From Chiloscyllium plagiosum (Eukaryota): a stretch of 47,953 bases of DNA. Made by a program: the position numbers and the translations under genes. The number at the start of each line of letters is the position of its first letter. Positions within the stretch are counted from its first letter, which is position 1. A model generated the notes under the pieces. That model saw only the letters and a program-made list of their open reading frames with translations. It had not been told where the DNA came from and ran no database searches. Shown here in pieces: positions 46,731 through 47,953 of the stretch. The stretch spans positions 3,997,867 to 4,045,819 of the forward strand of contig NC_057760.1 in NCBI RefSeq assembly GCF_004010195.1. Direction: 5' to 3'.

Positions 46731-47953
46731 TAGAACATAGAACATAGAAAAATACAGCGCAGTACAGGCCCTTTGGCCCTCGATGTTGCGCTGATCCAAG
46801 CCCACCTAACCTACACTAGCCGACTATCCTCCATATGCCTATCCAATGCCCGTTTAAATGCCCATAAAGAGGGAGAGTCCACCACTGCTACTGGCAGGGC
46901 ATTCCATGAACTCACGACTCGCTGAGTAAAGAATCTACCCCTAACATCTGTCCTATACCTACCACCCCCTAATTTAAAGCTATGCCCCAACATCCTGGTA
47001 AACCTCCTCTGCACCCGTTCCAGTGCCTCCACATCCTTCCTATAGTATGGCGACCAAAACTGCACACAATACTCCAGATGCGGCCGCACCAGAGTCTTAT
47101 ACAACTGCAACATGACCTCAGGGCTCCAGAACTCAATTCCTCTACCAATAAAAGCCAGTACGCCATATGCCTTCTTCACCGCACTATTTACCTGGGTGGC
47201 AACTTTCAGAGATCTGTGTACGTGGACACCAAGATCCCTCTGCTCATCCACACTACCAAGTATCCGACTAATAGCCCAGTACCCCATCTTTTTGTTACTC
47301 TTACCTGCACTGAACTCCATTTGCCACCTTTCTGCCCAGCTCTGCAACTTATCTATATCCCGCTGTAACCTGACACATCCTTCCTCACAGTCAACAACTC
47401 CACCGACTTTCGTATCATCCGCAAACTTGCTCACACAACCTTCTAGCCCCACCTCCAGGTCATTTATAAAAATGACAAACAGCAATGGTCCCAAAACAGA
47501 TCCTTGCGGAACACCGCTAGTGACGGCACTCCATGAAGAAACTTTGCCATCAACTACTACCCTCTGTCTTCTTCCAGCCAGCCAATTCCTAATCCAAACC
47601 TCCAACTCACCCTCAATGCCGTACCTCCGTATTTTTGGCAGTAGCCTACCATGGGGATCCTTATCAAACGCCTTACTAAAATCCATATACACCACATCTA
47701 CCGCTTTATCCTCGTCCACCTTCTCAAAGAATTCAATAAGGTTTGTGCGGCACGACCTGCCCTTCACAAAACCATGCTGACGATCCTTGATCACATTATT
47801 CCGATCCAGATGTTCATAAATACTATCCGTTACAATTCTCTCTAAGACTTTGCCCACAACAGAAGTGAGACTCACTGGCCTATAGTTACTTGGGTAATCC
47901 CTACTCCCCTTCTTGAACAAGGGAACCACATTTGCTATCCTCCAGTCTACTGG
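46731..47953 (-). mobile_element. Young CR1 RT plus 3'UTR with in-frame internal deletions; runs off the window edge
   Basis: 372-aa open frame 46811-47929 with the RT motifs; (TTCTATG)n tail at 46731-46747. Confidence 0.92.

Noticed and set aside
46811..47929. 372-aa RT ORF as a domesticated or host gene
   Set aside because: It carries the CR1 3'UTR and microsatellite tail and has deletions in conserved blocks; simply a young LINE copy.

Overview
Vertebrate genomic DNA, most likely a shark or other cartilaginous fish. This is inferred from the HE1/V-SINE-type SINEs, a Deu-domain SINE and esterase-ORF1 CR1 LINEs. Most of the window is transposon debris, with three assembly gaps. Two host genes lie in tandem on the minus strand. 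(1) The terminal coding exon of CHTOP (38615-38820). (2) A SMAD4-family co-Smad, represented by a CpG/CCAAT/CRE/NRF1 promoter with a probable non-coding first exon near 30.9-31.1 kb, a ~19.9 kb first intron, and the first coding exon (MH1 N-terminus, 10707-10943). N-terminal residues and CHTOP linkage suggest the smad10/Smad4-beta paralogue. The most striking unannotated structure is a dense set of Penelope-like (GIY-YIG) retroelement ends from at least four families. Each family carries a minimal type-I hammerhead ribozyme (CUGANGA..GAAA-[CG/GC]-UH). Several are inserted as inverted back-to-back palindromes with 11-16 bp target-site duplications and a constant ~35 nt tail offset, and some have intact ribozymes in the sense of the host pre-mRNAs. 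All family calls are by eye, without database searches.
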